32,000 nucleotides of DNA from Hyphomonadaceae bacterium UBA4763 (GTDB lineage: Bacteria; Pseudomonadota; Alphaproteobacteria; Caulobacterales; Aquidulcibacteraceae). The notes below the pieces were generated by a model. The model saw only the letters and a list, made by a program, of their open reading frames with translations, was not told where the DNA came from and did no database searches. The DNA lies in contig DHHV01000128.1 of NCBI GenBank assembly GCA_002403455.1, positions 8,987-40,986 of the forward strand. The letters run 5' to 3'. Within the stretch, counting starts at the first letter, position 1. Each line of letters opens with the position of its first letter. Of this stretch, positions 15,309 to 24,404 are shown one piece after another. The position numbers and the translations under genes were made by a program.

Positions 15309-16372
15309 CCCAATCAGCTTTAGCTCCAGCGCCGCAACCTCCCGTCGCCATGCAAATGGCGGCGGACGTTCAGGCGTCTATCGCCAAATTGAACGGCGCG
15401 GAGAAGGCGGCGATTATTCTGCTCGCTCTGGGCGACGAACAACATCGCATTTGGGCACAGTTGGACGACGAAGAGGTACGCGAGATTTCCTACGCGATGT
15501 CCAATCTCGGCGTCATCTCGGCGGCGATGGTCGAGCGGTTGATCGTCGATTTCGTCAACCGAATGTCGGCGACCGGCGCGCTGGTCGGCTCGTTCGAGGC
15601 GACGCAGCGTCTGTTGCAGAAATTTTTGCCGCCCGAAAAAGTCGACAGCCTGATGGAGGAAATCCGTGGTCCAGCTGGCCGGACGATGTGGGACAAATTG
15701 GGCAATGTGAACGAGATCGTTCTCGCCAACTTCCTGAAAAATGAATATCCGCAGACCGTCGCGGTGGTGTTGTCGAAAATAAAGCCAGATCACGCCGCCC
15801 GCGTGCTGGGCGCTTTACCCGATGATTTTGCACTCGAATGCGTGACGCGCATGCTGAGCATGGAGCCAGTGCAGCGCGAAATCCTCGACAAAATCGAGAT
15901 GACCTTGCGCGCTGAGTTCATGTCGAACCTCGCGCGCACCTCCAAACGCGACAGCCATGAGATGATGGCGGAGATTTTCAACAATTTCGACCGGCAGACC
16001 GAGGGGCGGTTCTTGGGCTCGTTGGAAGAGCGCAATCGCGAATCGGCCGACAAGATCCGTAGTCTGATGTTCGTGTTCGAGGACTTGAAAAAACTCGATC
16101 CGGGCGGGGCACAAACATTGCTGCGCGCCGTTCCGAAAGACCAATTGGCGCTAGCCCTCAAGGGGGCTTCGGAAACCCTGCGCGATCTGTTCATGGGCAA
16201 CATGTCCGAGCGCGCCGCAAAAATTCTGCGTGAAGACATGGCGGCGATGGGGCCGGTCAAATTGAAAGATGTGGACGCTGCTCAGGCCGCTATGGTGCTT
16301 ACAGCAAAAGATTTGGCGGCGCGTGGTGAAATAATCCTGGCCGAAGGTGGTCAGGACGAATTGATCTATTAA
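15305..16372 (+). CDS. fliG: Flagellar motor switch protein FliG
   Basis: 355 aa. [36 protein letters not shown] and [23 protein letters not shown] are classic FliG blocks. Confidence 0.95.
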   Translation: MTQSALAPAPQPPVAMQMAADVQASIAKLNGAEKAAIILLALGDEQHRIWAQLDDEEVREISYAMSNLGVISAAMVERLIVDFVNRMSATGALVGSFEATQRLLQKFLPPEKVDSLMEEIRGPAGRTMWDKLGNVNEIVLANFLKNEYPQTVAVVLSKIKPDHAARVLGALPDDFALECVTRMLSMEPVQREILDKIEMTLRAEFMSNLARTSKRDSHEMMAEIFNNFDRQTEGRFLGSLEERNRESADKIRSLMFVFEDLKKLDPGGAQTLLRAVPKDQLALALKGASETLRDLFMGNMSERAAKILREDMAAMGPVKLKDVDAAQAAMVLTAKDLAARGEIILAEGGQDELIY

Positions 16373-16379
16373 AGGTAAG

Positions 16380-17051
16380 ATGATGACATCGGCAACGGCC
16401 CCGACGCCGCGTAAATTTAATTTTGATACCGTATTTGATACAAGTGGGCGCGTCACGCGCAACGGTCAAGGCGTCCGTTTGCATTACTTGCCCGAAGAGG
16501 TTGAGCAAATCCGTAAAAAGGCCTTTGAAGAGGGGCGCCAAGCGGAATTGGTCAAGGCCGAGCAATCCGCGGCCCAAGCGATCCAAGGACTGACTGCTCT
16601 ATTGCAGGCGCTCGTGCCGGCCATTGACCGGGAAATCGCGCAAATCCAGCGCGAAAGCGCCGAAGCGATTTTGGCGGCGGCTCGCGCGATCGCTGGCGCA
16701 GCGCTGGACGCAATTCCTGAGCCCGCCATTCTTGCCGCCGTCGATGAGGCGCTGCGCACCTTGCGCGACACGCCTTTTCTCGCGCTTCGATTGGCGCCGG
16801 CGCAGAGCGATGCGCTGGGGCCGCGCATTCTGGCCGCCGCCGAGGGCGCCGGCTTTGCCGGTCGGGTGCGGATTGAGAGCGATCCGCGCGCGCGCGCCGG
16901 CGATTGGCGGCTCGAATGGACCGGCGGGGCAATCGCCTTTGACCGCGCTGAGGCCTTTGCGCGTATCCAAGACGCCGCGGAGCGCTCAATCGGCGCGGCC
17001 ATGAACATCCCCAATGCGCCCGAACCTGCCGAGTTGACCCATGCCCAATGA
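16380..17051 (+). CDS. fliH: Flagellar assembly protein FliH-like (position of Caulobacter flbE)
   Basis: 223 aa, located between fliG and fliN. It has a coiled-coil-like central region (EEVEQIRKKAFEEGRQAELVKAEQ) and a C-terminal domain ending WRLEWTGGAIAFD. The call rests on position and general FliH-like architecture. Confidence 0.7.
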   Translation: MMTSATAPTPRKFNFDTVFDTSGRVTRNGQGVRLHYLPEEVEQIRKKAFEEGRQAELVKAEQSAAQAIQGLTALLQALVPAIDREIAQIQRESAEAILAAARAIAGAALDAIPEPAILAAVDEALRTLRDTPFLALRLAPAQSDALGPRILAAAEGAGFAGRVRIESDPRARAGDWRLEWTGGAIAFDRAEAFARIQDAAERSIGAAMNIPNAPEPAELTHAQ

Positions 17052-17370
17052 TATCGACTTTCCCGATTTCGGCAGCGCCGATGCTGGCCCCCGCATGGAT
17101 GACCCCAGCGAAAAATCGGCGCGCGATCTCGCGCCAATGTTCGACGTGCCGGTCAACATCCAGGCCGTGCTCGGCAAAACCCATATCGAAGTGGCGCGCC
17201 TGATGCGGCTGAAACCAGGCGCCGTGCTCGAGCTCGACCGCAAGGTTGGCGAGGCGATCGACATCTATGTGAATAACCGTCTGGTGGCGCGGGGCGAGGT
17301 CGTGCTGGTCGATGACCGGCTCGGCGTCACCATGACCGAAATCGTGAAAGACGGCGATGCCCAATCTTAA
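17041..17370 (+). CDS. fliN: Flagellar motor switch protein FliN
   Basis: 109 aa. The SpoA-type C-terminus VPVNIQAVLGKTHIEVARLMRLKPGAVLELDRKVGEAIDIYVNNRLVARGEVVLVDDRLGV is diagnostic. It overlaps the fliH end by 11 nt. Confidence 0.9.
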   Translation: MPNDIDFPDFGSADAGPRMDDPSEKSARDLAPMFDVPVNIQAVLGKTHIEVARLMRLKPGAVLELDRKVGEAIDIYVNNRLVARGEVVLVDDRLGVTMTEIVKDGDAQS

Positions 17371-17400
17371 TGTGAACACAGCGAAAAAGGGAGGCCCCTC

Positions 17401-18771
17401 ATGCGCGTTTTGATCGTTGGCGCCATGCGTGGACAATTGTCGAATGCGGCGAAAATCGCGCTCGATCGCGGCGCCAAGGTCTCGCAGGTTGATACGATCG
17501 CGCAGGCGACGGCGACCTTGCGCGCCGGCAAGGGCGCGGACCTGATCATGGTCGAGCTTGGGCTCGATATCGCTGCGCTGATCGCCGCCAATGAGGCCGA
17601 GCGGATCGTCGCTCCGGTGGTCGCCTGCGGCATTCCGGACGATCCGCGCGCCGCCGCCGCCGCCATCCGGGCCGGCGCGCGCGAATTTATCCCCTTGCCG
17701 CCCGATACGGCGCTGATTGCAGCGGTATTGGCGGCCGTTGCCGATGATGAGCGCCCGATGCTGGCCGAGGACCCGGCCATGCGCCGCGTCGCAGACCTTG
17801 CCCAGCAAGTGGCGGGATCGGAAGCCTCGATCCTGATCACCGGCGAATCCGGGGTCGGGAAAGAAGTGATGGCGCGCTTTGTGCACAAGAACTCGCGCCG
17901 CGCCGCCAAGCCGCTGATCTCGGTCAATTGCGCGGCGATCCCCGATAATCTGCTCGAGAGCGAATTGTTCGGGCATGAAAAGGGCGCCTTTACGGGCGCG
18001 ATCGCTCGTCGAATTGGCAAATTCGAAGAGGCCGATGGCGGCAGCCTGTTGCTCGACGAGATTTCAGAGATGGACATCCGCCTGCAGGCCAAATTGCTGC
18101 GGGCGATTCAAGAGCGCGAGATCGACCGGGTCGGCGGCGCAAAACCGGTCAAAGTCGATATTCGCATCATCGCGACCTCGAACCGCGATCTGGCGCAGGC
18201 CGTGCGCGAGGGCAAATTCCGCGAGGATTTGCTCTATCGCTTGAATGTGTTGAACCTGCGCATCCCGCCTTTGCGCGAGCGACCGGTCGATATCGAGACC
18301 CTGGCCAATCATTTTGTCCGCAAATATGCGCAGATGAATGGCATGCCGACCCGCCCACTTGCAGCGGCGGCGCTGGCGGCGCTGAAAACAGCGGCATGGC
18401 CCGGCAATGTCCGCGAGCTCGAAAACACCATGCATCGGGCGGTGCTGCTGGCGAGCGGCGATACGATCGGCCCCGATGCGATCCGCGCCGCCGATGGGAT
18501 GTCGCCAGCCTTGGCGGATGATCGGCCCGAAGCGGTGCGCCATGCCGCCGAGATCGCCCAAAACGCCGCGCAAGGCATGGTCGGGCGCACGGTCGCCGAT
18601 GTCGAACAAGAGCTGATCTTGTCGACGCTCAGCCATTGCCTGGGCAACCGCACGCATGCCGCCGCCATCCTTGGCATTTCGATCCGCACCTTGCGCAACA
18701 AGCTGAAATTGTTCGCCGATTCCGGGGTCGACGTGCCGCCGCCCGGCGCTGACGCGCGCAGCGCCGCCTAA
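17401..18771 (+). CDS. flbD: Sigma-54-dependent flagellar transcriptional activator FlbD (atypical receiver domain)
   Basis: GGGAGG SD before the ATG. AAA+ motifs GESGVGKE and GAFTGA, plus a C-terminal HTH AAAILGISIRTLRNKLK. The N-terminal receiver-like domain lacks the canonical acidic pocket. It follows fliN, as in the Caulobacter fliF operon. Confidence 0.85.
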   Translation: MRVLIVGAMRGQLSNAAKIALDRGAKVSQVDTIAQATATLRAGKGADLIMVELGLDIAALIAANEAERIVAPVVACGIPDDPRAAAAAIRAGAREFIPLPPDTALIAAVLAAVADDERPMLAEDPAMRRVADLAQQVAGSEASILITGESGVGKEVMARFVHKNSRRAAKPLISVNCAAIPDNLLESELFGHEKGAFTGAIARRIGKFEEADGGSLLLDEISEMDIRLQAKLLRAIQEREIDRVGGAKPVKVDIRIIATSNRDLAQAVREGKFREDLLYRLNVLNLRIPPLRERPVDIETLANHFVRKYAQMNGMPTRPLAAAALAALKTAAWPGNVRELENTMHRAVLLASGDTIGPDAIRAADGMSPALADDRPEAVRHAAEIAQNAAQGMVGRTVADVEQELILSTLSHCLGNRTHAAAILGISIRTLRNKLKLFADSGVDVPPPGADARSAA

Positions 18772-18788
18772 GAGGATCGATTGAGCCG

Positions 18789-20885
18789 ATGACCGATCTG
18801 ACCGCTCAGACTACGCCCGCTTCGGGCCTCGATTGGAAAGGGATCGGTACGGCGATCCTGCGCGGCGAGATCGGCTTGGCGGTTTTGGTGATCGGCATCC
18901 TGGTGATGCTGATCTTGCCGGTGCCGACCTTTTTGTTGGACGGGCTGCTGGCGATTTCGATCACCAGTTCGGTGCTGGTGTTGATGACGGCCTTGCTGAT
19001 CCGCAAGCCGTTGGAATTCAGCGTGTTCCCGTCGGTTTTGCTGCTGACGACCCTGTTTCGGCTCGGTCTGAATGTGGCCTCGACCCGGTTGATCCTCGCT
19101 GAAGGTCACAATGGCCCAGACGCGGCCGGCGCGGTGATCCAGGCCTTTGGCGGCTTTGTCATGCAGGGCAATTTCGTCATCGGCGTCATCGTCTTCGTTA
19201 TTCTGGTGCTGGTCAATTTCATGGTGATCTCGCGCGGCTCGACCCGCATCGCCGAGGTTGCCGCCCGGTTCACACTCGATTCAATGCCCGGCAAGCAATT
19301 GGCGATCGATTCGGATTTGTCGTCCGGGTTGATCAATGAGGACGAAGCGCGCCGGCGCCGCAAAGAGCTCGAGCAGGAGAGCGGTTTTTTTGGGGCCATG
19401 GACGGCGCGTCGAAATTCGTGCGCGGCGACGCCATGGCCGGCATTATCATTACGCTGGTCAATGTCATCGGCGGGATGATCATTGGCGTTGCGCAAAACG
19501 GGATCAGCTTTGAAGAAGCGGCGAGCGTCTATACGCTGCTGACCGTTGGCGATGGGCTGGTCAGCCAGATCCCGGCGCTGATCATCTCGGTGGCGGCGGG
19601 TATTTTGGTGTCGAAGGCCGGCGTCGAAGGCGCCGCCGACAAGGCCCTGGTTGCGCAATTGGCCGGCCGGCCAGAAGGGCTGGCGATCGCGGCCACCTGC
19701 GCCGGCATTGCGGGCCTGTTGCCGGGCATGCCGTTTTTGGCGTTTTCGGCGCTGGCGGCCGGCCTTGGTTATTGGGCGTTTCGGATCAACAAGGCCAACC
19801 AAGCCAAAACCAAAGAAGCGGACAAGCCGAAACCGGCCCCGCCGCCCGCCGAGGAGCCGATCTCCACCGCGCTCGCGATGGACGATCTGCGCGTTGAGCT
19901 GGGCTTTAGCCTTTTGCCGCTCGCCAATGACGTGGCGGGCCGCAAGCTGACCGATCAGATCAAAGCGGTGCGCCGCCAACTCGCCGCCGAATTCGGCTTT
20001 GTGGCGCCGTCGGTGCGCATCGTCGACAATCTGGAGCTGCCAGCCGATCATTATTCGGTGCGGTTGAAGGAAACGATTGCCGGCGGCGGCCGTTTGAAGC
20101 TGAACCATTATCTCGCGATGGACCCGAGCGGGCGCGGTCCCAAGCTCCCGGGCGAGCATGTGAAAGAGCCGGTCTTTCAAATGCCGGCGACCTGGATCGA
20201 CGAAGGCCAGCGCGAAGAGGCCGGCATACGCGGCTTCACGGTGGTTGACCCGGCCACGGTGCTGACCACCCATTTCACCGAAATCGTCAAAGACCATATG
20301 GCCGAATTGCTCAGCTTCGCCGAGCTGAAGAAATTGATCGATGGCCTGACGAAAGAACAAAAAGCGCTGGTCGATGACATCGTGCCGGCCCGGATGACGC
20401 TTTCGGGCATTCAGCGCGTGTTGCAGAACTTGTTGAAAGAGCGCGTCTCGATCCGCGATCTGCCGACGATTTTGGAGGGCATCGCCGAGGGCGCCCAAGG
20501 CGGCTCTGATCTGGTCGCCATTACCGAAACCGTGCGGGCGCGCCTTGCCCGCCAGCTCTGCGCCGCTCTGCAGGCGCCGGACGGGGCGTTGCCGATCGTC
20601 ACCTTGTCGCCGGCCTGGGAGCAGGCCTTTGCCGAAGCAATCGTTGGAACCGGCGCGGAGCGGCAATTGGCGCTCGCCCCTTCTAAGCTCCACAGCTTCG
20701 TCGCCGACGTGCGCAACGCCTTTGATGCAGCCGCCGCGCAAGGCGAAACGCCCGCCCTTGTCACCAGCGCCGGGGTGCGCCCCTTTGTGCGCTCGCTGAT
20801 CGAGCGGTTCCGGTCGCAAACCATCGTGATGTCGCAAAATGAAATCCACCCGAAAGCGCGGCTGCGCGCGCTCGGCGCCGTCTAA
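18789..20885 (+). CDS. flhA: Flagellar type III export apparatus protein FlhA
   Basis: 698 aa. The N-terminal membrane domain carries FPSVLLLTTLFRLGLNVASTRLIL, the FHIPEP-type loop reads RFTLDSMPGKQLAIDSDL, and a large cytoplasmic C-domain follows. Confidence 0.95.
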   Translation: MTDLTAQTTPASGLDWKGIGTAILRGEIGLAVLVIGILVMLILPVPTFLLDGLLAISITSSVLVLMTALLIRKPLEFSVFPSVLLLTTLFRLGLNVASTRLILAEGHNGPDAAGAVIQAFGGFVMQGNFVIGVIVFVILVLVNFMVISRGSTRIAEVAARFTLDSMPGKQLAIDSDLSSGLINEDEARRRRKELEQESGFFGAMDGASKFVRGDAMAGIIITLVNVIGGMIIGVAQNGISFEEAASVYTLLTVGDGLVSQIPALIISVAAGILVSKAGVEGAADKALVAQLAGRPEGLAIAATCAGIAGLLPGMPFLAFSALAAGLGYWAFRINKANQAKTKEADKPKPAPPPAEEPISTALAMDDLRVELGFSLLPLANDVAGRKLTDQIKAVRRQLAAEFGFVAPSVRIVDNLELPADHYSVRLKETIAGGGRLKLNHYLAMDPSGRGPKLPGEHVKEPVFQMPATWIDEGQREEAGIRGFTVVDPATVLTTHFTEIVKDHMAELLSFAELKKLIDGLTKEQKALVDDIVPARMTLSGIQRVLQNLLKERVSIRDLPTILEGIAEGAQGGSDLVAITETVRARLARQLCAALQAPDGALPIVTLSPAWEQAFAEAIVGTGAERQLALAPSKLHSFVADVRNAFDAAAAQGETPALVTSAGVRPFVRSLIERFRSQTIVMSQNEIHPKARLRALGAV

Positions 20886-20899
20886 GAAAGGAAAAAACG

Positions 20900-21895
20900 A
20901 TGCGGATAAGGACGTTCCGAGGCGCTTCGATGACCGAGGTCATGGACCGCATGCGGCGCGATTTGGGTCCGGAAGCGATCATTATTTCCTCGTTCGACAT
21001 GGATGACGGGGAAGTCGAAGTGCGCGCCGCCATTGAAAACGCCCCGGCCATTCGGTTGGTGAGCGAGACCTTCGACCGGCCTGAACGCCGCGCCGCGCCG
21101 ATGCTGCAAATCGGTCGGGCCCGCGAGCAGATCGAGGATTTGCTGACCTGGCATGGCGTGCCGCAAGGTTTTGCGCAGGCGTTGTCGCGCGCCGGATTGA
21201 CGCTCACCCATACCGATCCAATGGCGATTTTGACCGCGGCGCTGGAGCAGACCTTGCATTTTGCCCCGATCGATCCAACCCAAACTGGGGCGCTGGTGCT
21301 GGTCGGCCCGCCGGGGTCGGGCAAGACCGCTTTGGCGGCCAAGCTCGCCGTGCGCGCGGCGGCCTATGGCGTGCGGCCGCATTTGATCTCGGCGGATTTC
21401 TCGCGCCCGCATGCGGCGGCGCAATTGGCGGGTCTGGCGCAAATGCCGGTCGACGCGGTGCGGCGCGCGTCCTCGCTCGCCGACCTGCTTAGCGCGCTGC
21501 AGACGCCGCGTTCGCCGCGCGAACCGGTGATTGTGGATATGGGGCCGCTCAATCCGTTTGACGATGACGACCTCGCGCTCGTCTCAGAAGTAACCATTGC
21601 TTCAGATGCTGAGCCTATTCTGGTGATGTCGGCGGAGGGGCACCCCGCCGACCAGGACGACATCGCCGATCTGTTCGCAGGGCGCGGGATAAAACGCATG
21701 ATCGTGACGAAACTGGATGCGGTGCGCCGACGTGGCGGCGCGATCGCCGCTGCGGCGCGGGCCCGGCTGGCTTTGGCGCATTTGGGCGTGACGCCCTTTA
21801 TCAGCGGGGGGCTCGCCCCGGCTTCGGCCGGGCGGCTGGCGCGATTGCTGCTCGATTCGAAACCAGATTTCACTTTAGCGCGGGGCGTAGCGTAA
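20900..21895 (+). CDS. flhF: Flagellar biosynthesis regulator FlhF (SRP-type GTPase, divergent motifs)
   Basis: 331 aa. The N-terminus MRIRTFRGASMTEVMDRMRRDLGPEAIIIS is FlhF-like. P-loop GPPGSGKT and G4 motif TKLD are present. It lies between flhA and a MinD-like ATPase gene. Confidence 0.75.
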   Translation: MRIRTFRGASMTEVMDRMRRDLGPEAIIISSFDMDDGEVEVRAAIENAPAIRLVSETFDRPERRAAPMLQIGRAREQIEDLLTWHGVPQGFAQALSRAGLTLTHTDPMAILTAALEQTLHFAPIDPTQTGALVLVGPPGSGKTALAAKLAVRAAAYGVRPHLISADFSRPHAAAQLAGLAQMPVDAVRRASSLADLLSALQTPRSPREPVIVDMGPLNPFDDDDLALVSEVTIASDAEPILVMSAEGHPADQDDIADLFAGRGIKRMIVTKLDAVRRRGGAIAAAARARLALAHLGVTPFISGGLAPASAGRLARLLLDSKPDFTLARGVA

Positions 21896-22722
21896 TGCCG
21901 GAAATCATGGAACGATCTTCGCGCGGGCGAACGACCCCGCGCGGACGCATAGCGCCGATCGTGGCGGTCGGCTCGGGCAAAGGCGGGGTCGGCAAGACCT
22001 GGCTGTCGATCAGTCTGGCGCATGCTTTCGCCGCCGCTGGCAAAAGGGTCTTGTTGGTCGATGGCGATTTGGGGCTCGCCAATATCGATGTGCAATTGGG
22101 CCTCAACCCGGAATCGGATTTGTCCGCCGTGATGGCGGGCTGGATCGAGCTCGACGACGCGGTCAGCAAGGTGGCCAATGGCGCCGGGGCCGGCGGCTTT
22201 GACGTATTGCCGGGACGCTCTGGGTCGGCCGCTCTGGCCGAATTGCCGATGGAAGAGACGGCGCGTCTCGCCGCCGGGATTGCGGCCTTGTCGCTGCGTT
22301 ATGATCACGTGCTGATCGATCTTGGCGCCGGCATCGAGCCGAATGTCATGCGCCTGGCAAGGGCGGCCGACCGCGTCGTCGCTGTCGTCAATGACGAGCC
22401 GACCTCGCTCGCCGATTGCTATGCGTTCATCAAGCAGTTCCGGCTCTATCGCCCGGATTCGACGCCTTGGGCGGCGGTCAATATGGCGGATAATCGCGCC
22501 AGCGGCCGACGCACGCATGAAGCCTTGTCAAAGGCCTGCCAAAGCTTTCTCGGGTTTCGGCCGCCGCTGGCGGGGATTGTCAATCGCGATCCGCTGGTGC
22601 GCGACGCCATTCGCGCGCAAGTGCCGCTGTCGATCCGTCATCCGCGCGCGCCGGCCTGGATGGACGTCAAAGCCATGGCGGACGCCTTGCTGGAAGGCGT
22701 CAGCATGCCGGACGATCGTTAA
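21895..22722 (+). CDS. flhG: MinD/ParA-type flagellar number regulator FlhG (FleN/MotR)
   Basis: Deviant Walker A VGSGKGGVGKT, followed by LLVDGDLGLANIDVQLGL. The ATG shares one nt with the flhF stop (TAATG). Confidence 0.85.
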   Translation: MPEIMERSSRGRTTPRGRIAPIVAVGSGKGGVGKTWLSISLAHAFAAAGKRVLLVDGDLGLANIDVQLGLNPESDLSAVMAGWIELDDAVSKVANGAGAGGFDVLPGRSGSAALAELPMEETARLAAGIAALSLRYDHVLIDLGAGIEPNVMRLARAADRVVAVVNDEPTSLADCYAFIKQFRLYRPDSTPWAAVNMADNRASGRRTHEALSKACQSFLGFRPPLAGIVNRDPLVRDAIRAQVPLSIRHPRAPAWMDVKAMADALLEGVSMPDDR

Positions 22723-22781
22723 GCGGTGACGCGGCGCACTTAAAGACATAAAGAAATCTTTATATCCCATTGCCCCCGCAA

Positions 22782-22813
22782 CGCGCCGCTGCTATCAGCG
22801 GCGCGATCTTATT
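22782..22813 (+). terminator. GC-rich hairpin downstream of flhG (possible operon terminator, weak T tail)
   Basis: CGCGCCGCTG-CTAT-CAGCGGCGCG forms a perfect 10-bp stem, followed by ATCTTATT. It starts 60 nt after the flhG stop. Confidence 0.4.
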
Positions 22814-22845
22814 GCCGGCTGCCGGCGCGCAGGAAGGACCCCATT

Positions 22846-24240
22846 ATGACCACCGATTATATCGTCAAGGATATCGGCCTCGCCGATTTCGGCCGCAAAG
22901 AAATCATGATCGCCGAGACCGAAATGCCTGGTCTGATGGCGCTGCGGGCGCGACATGGCGCCGAACAGCCGTTGAAGGGCGCGCGGATCGCCGGCTGCTT
23001 GCACATGACGATCCAAACGGCGGTGCTGATCGAGACCTTGAAACATCTTGGCGCCGATGTGCGCTGGGCCTCGTGCAACATCTTCTCGACGCAAGATCAC
23101 GCAGCTGCGGCGATCGCCGCCTCCGGCACGCCGGTTTTTGCGGTGAAGGGCGAAACGCTCGCCGAATATTGGGATTATGTCGATCGCTTGTTCGATTTCG
23201 CCCAAGGCGAGACGGCCAATCTGATCCTCGATGACGGCGGCGACGCAACCTTGATCGTGCTGCTGGGCGCGAAGGCCGAGAAAGATCCCAGCGTGCTGGC
23301 CGATCCGAAAAACGAAGAAGAAACCGAGCTCTACGCGACGATCCAGCGCCGTCTCGCGCGCCAGCCCGGCTTTTACTCGCGCGTCCGCGAAGCGATCCGC
23401 GGCGTCTCGGAAGAAACCACCACGGGTGTGTTGCGCTTGCGGCAAATGCAAGCGCGCGGCGATCTGCCCTTCCCGGCGATCAACGTCAATGACAGCGTCA
23501 CCAAGTCGAAATTCGACAACAAATATGGCTGCCGCGAGAGCCTTGTGGACGGCATTCGGCGCGCCACGGACGTGATGATGGCCGGCAAAGTTGCGCTCGT
23601 CGCGGGCTATGGCGATGTCGGCAAAGGCTCAGCGCAGTCGCTGGCTGGCGCCGGCGCGCGCGTCGTCGTCACCGAGATCGACCCGATCTGCGCGCTGCAA
23701 GCGGCGATGGACGGCTTTGAAGTTGTCACGGTGGATGATTTCGCCTCGCGCGCCGACATTTTCGTCACGGCGACCGGCAACAAGGACGTGCTGACGGTGG
23801 ATCACATGCGCGCGATGAAGCCGATGGCGATCGTCTGCAATATCGGCCATTTCGACAATGAAATCCAAGTCGACGGCTTGCGCAATTTCAAATGGACCAA
23901 TGTCAAGCCGCAGGTCGATCTGATCGAATTCCCGGACGGTAAGCCGATTATTTTGTTGTCGGAGGGGCGCCTCGTCAATCTCGGCAATGCGACGGGCCAT
24001 CCGAGCTTTGTGATGTCGGCGTCGTTCTCGAACCAGGTCTTGGCGCAGATCGAATTGTGGCAACGCGGCCATGAGTATCGCAACGAGGTCTACACGCTGC
24101 CAAAGAAACTCGATGAGATGGTCGCCGAACTGCATTTGGCCAAATTGGGCGCAAAACTGACCCAATTAACGCCCGATCAGGCGGCCTATATTGGCGTTGA
24201 CGATGGCGGCCCGAAAAAAGCCGATCATTATCGCTATTGA
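22846..24240 (+). CDS. ahcY: Adenosylhomocysteinase (S-adenosyl-L-homocysteine hydrolase)
   Basis: 464 aa. [60 protein letters not shown] and the C-terminal DHYRY are textbook AhcY. AGGAAGGA SD is present. Confidence 0.97.
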   Translation: MTTDYIVKDIGLADFGRKEIMIAETEMPGLMALRARHGAEQPLKGARIAGCLHMTIQTAVLIETLKHLGADVRWASCNIFSTQDHAAAAIAASGTPVFAVKGETLAEYWDYVDRLFDFAQGETANLILDDGGDATLIVLLGAKAEKDPSVLADPKNEEETELYATIQRRLARQPGFYSRVREAIRGVSEETTTGVLRLRQMQARGDLPFPAINVNDSVTKSKFDNKYGCRESLVDGIRRATDVMMAGKVALVAGYGDVGKGSAQSLAGAGARVVVTEIDPICALQAAMDGFEVVTVDDFASRADIFVTATGNKDVLTVDHMRAMKPMAIVCNIGHFDNEIQVDGLRNFKWTNVKPQVDLIEFPDGKPIILLSEGRLVNLGNATGHPSFVMSASFSNQVLAQIELWQRGHEYRNEVYTLPKKLDEMVAELHLAKLGAKLTQLTPDQAAYIGVDDGGPKKADHYRY

Positions 24241-24273
24241 TGCCGGCCCGGCAGCCGGATCGGAATCCAAAGG

Positions 24274-24308
24274 ACCCCCGGCGCGGCCTTCGCGCCGGGG
24301 TTTTTCTT
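24274..24308 (+). terminator. Rho-independent terminator of ahcY
   Basis: CCCCGGCGCG-GCCTT-CGCGCCGGGG forms a perfect 10-bp stem (24276-24300), followed by TTTTTCTT. Confidence 0.85.
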
Positions 24309-24404
24309 GCAAAAAGTTAACGAAATTGCCGCGTTTCAGGCGCCGCGCCCTTGCGGGGATTATCGTTAGACAATATGTACACAGCGTAAAGTGGAGGTTC
24401 TTGC

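Noticed and set aside
19281-20849. 522-aa minus-strand ORF antisense to flhA.
   Set aside because: The reason is the same as above. flhA on the plus strand is unambiguous, and the antisense translation is low-complexity with no start-site support.
22723-22845. SAH riboswitch upstream of ahcY.
   Set aside because: The conserved strings I recall for that riboswitch (GAGGAGCG ... AACGGCGCUC) are not present. Only a simple GC hairpin is seen. A cmsearch would be needed to be certain.
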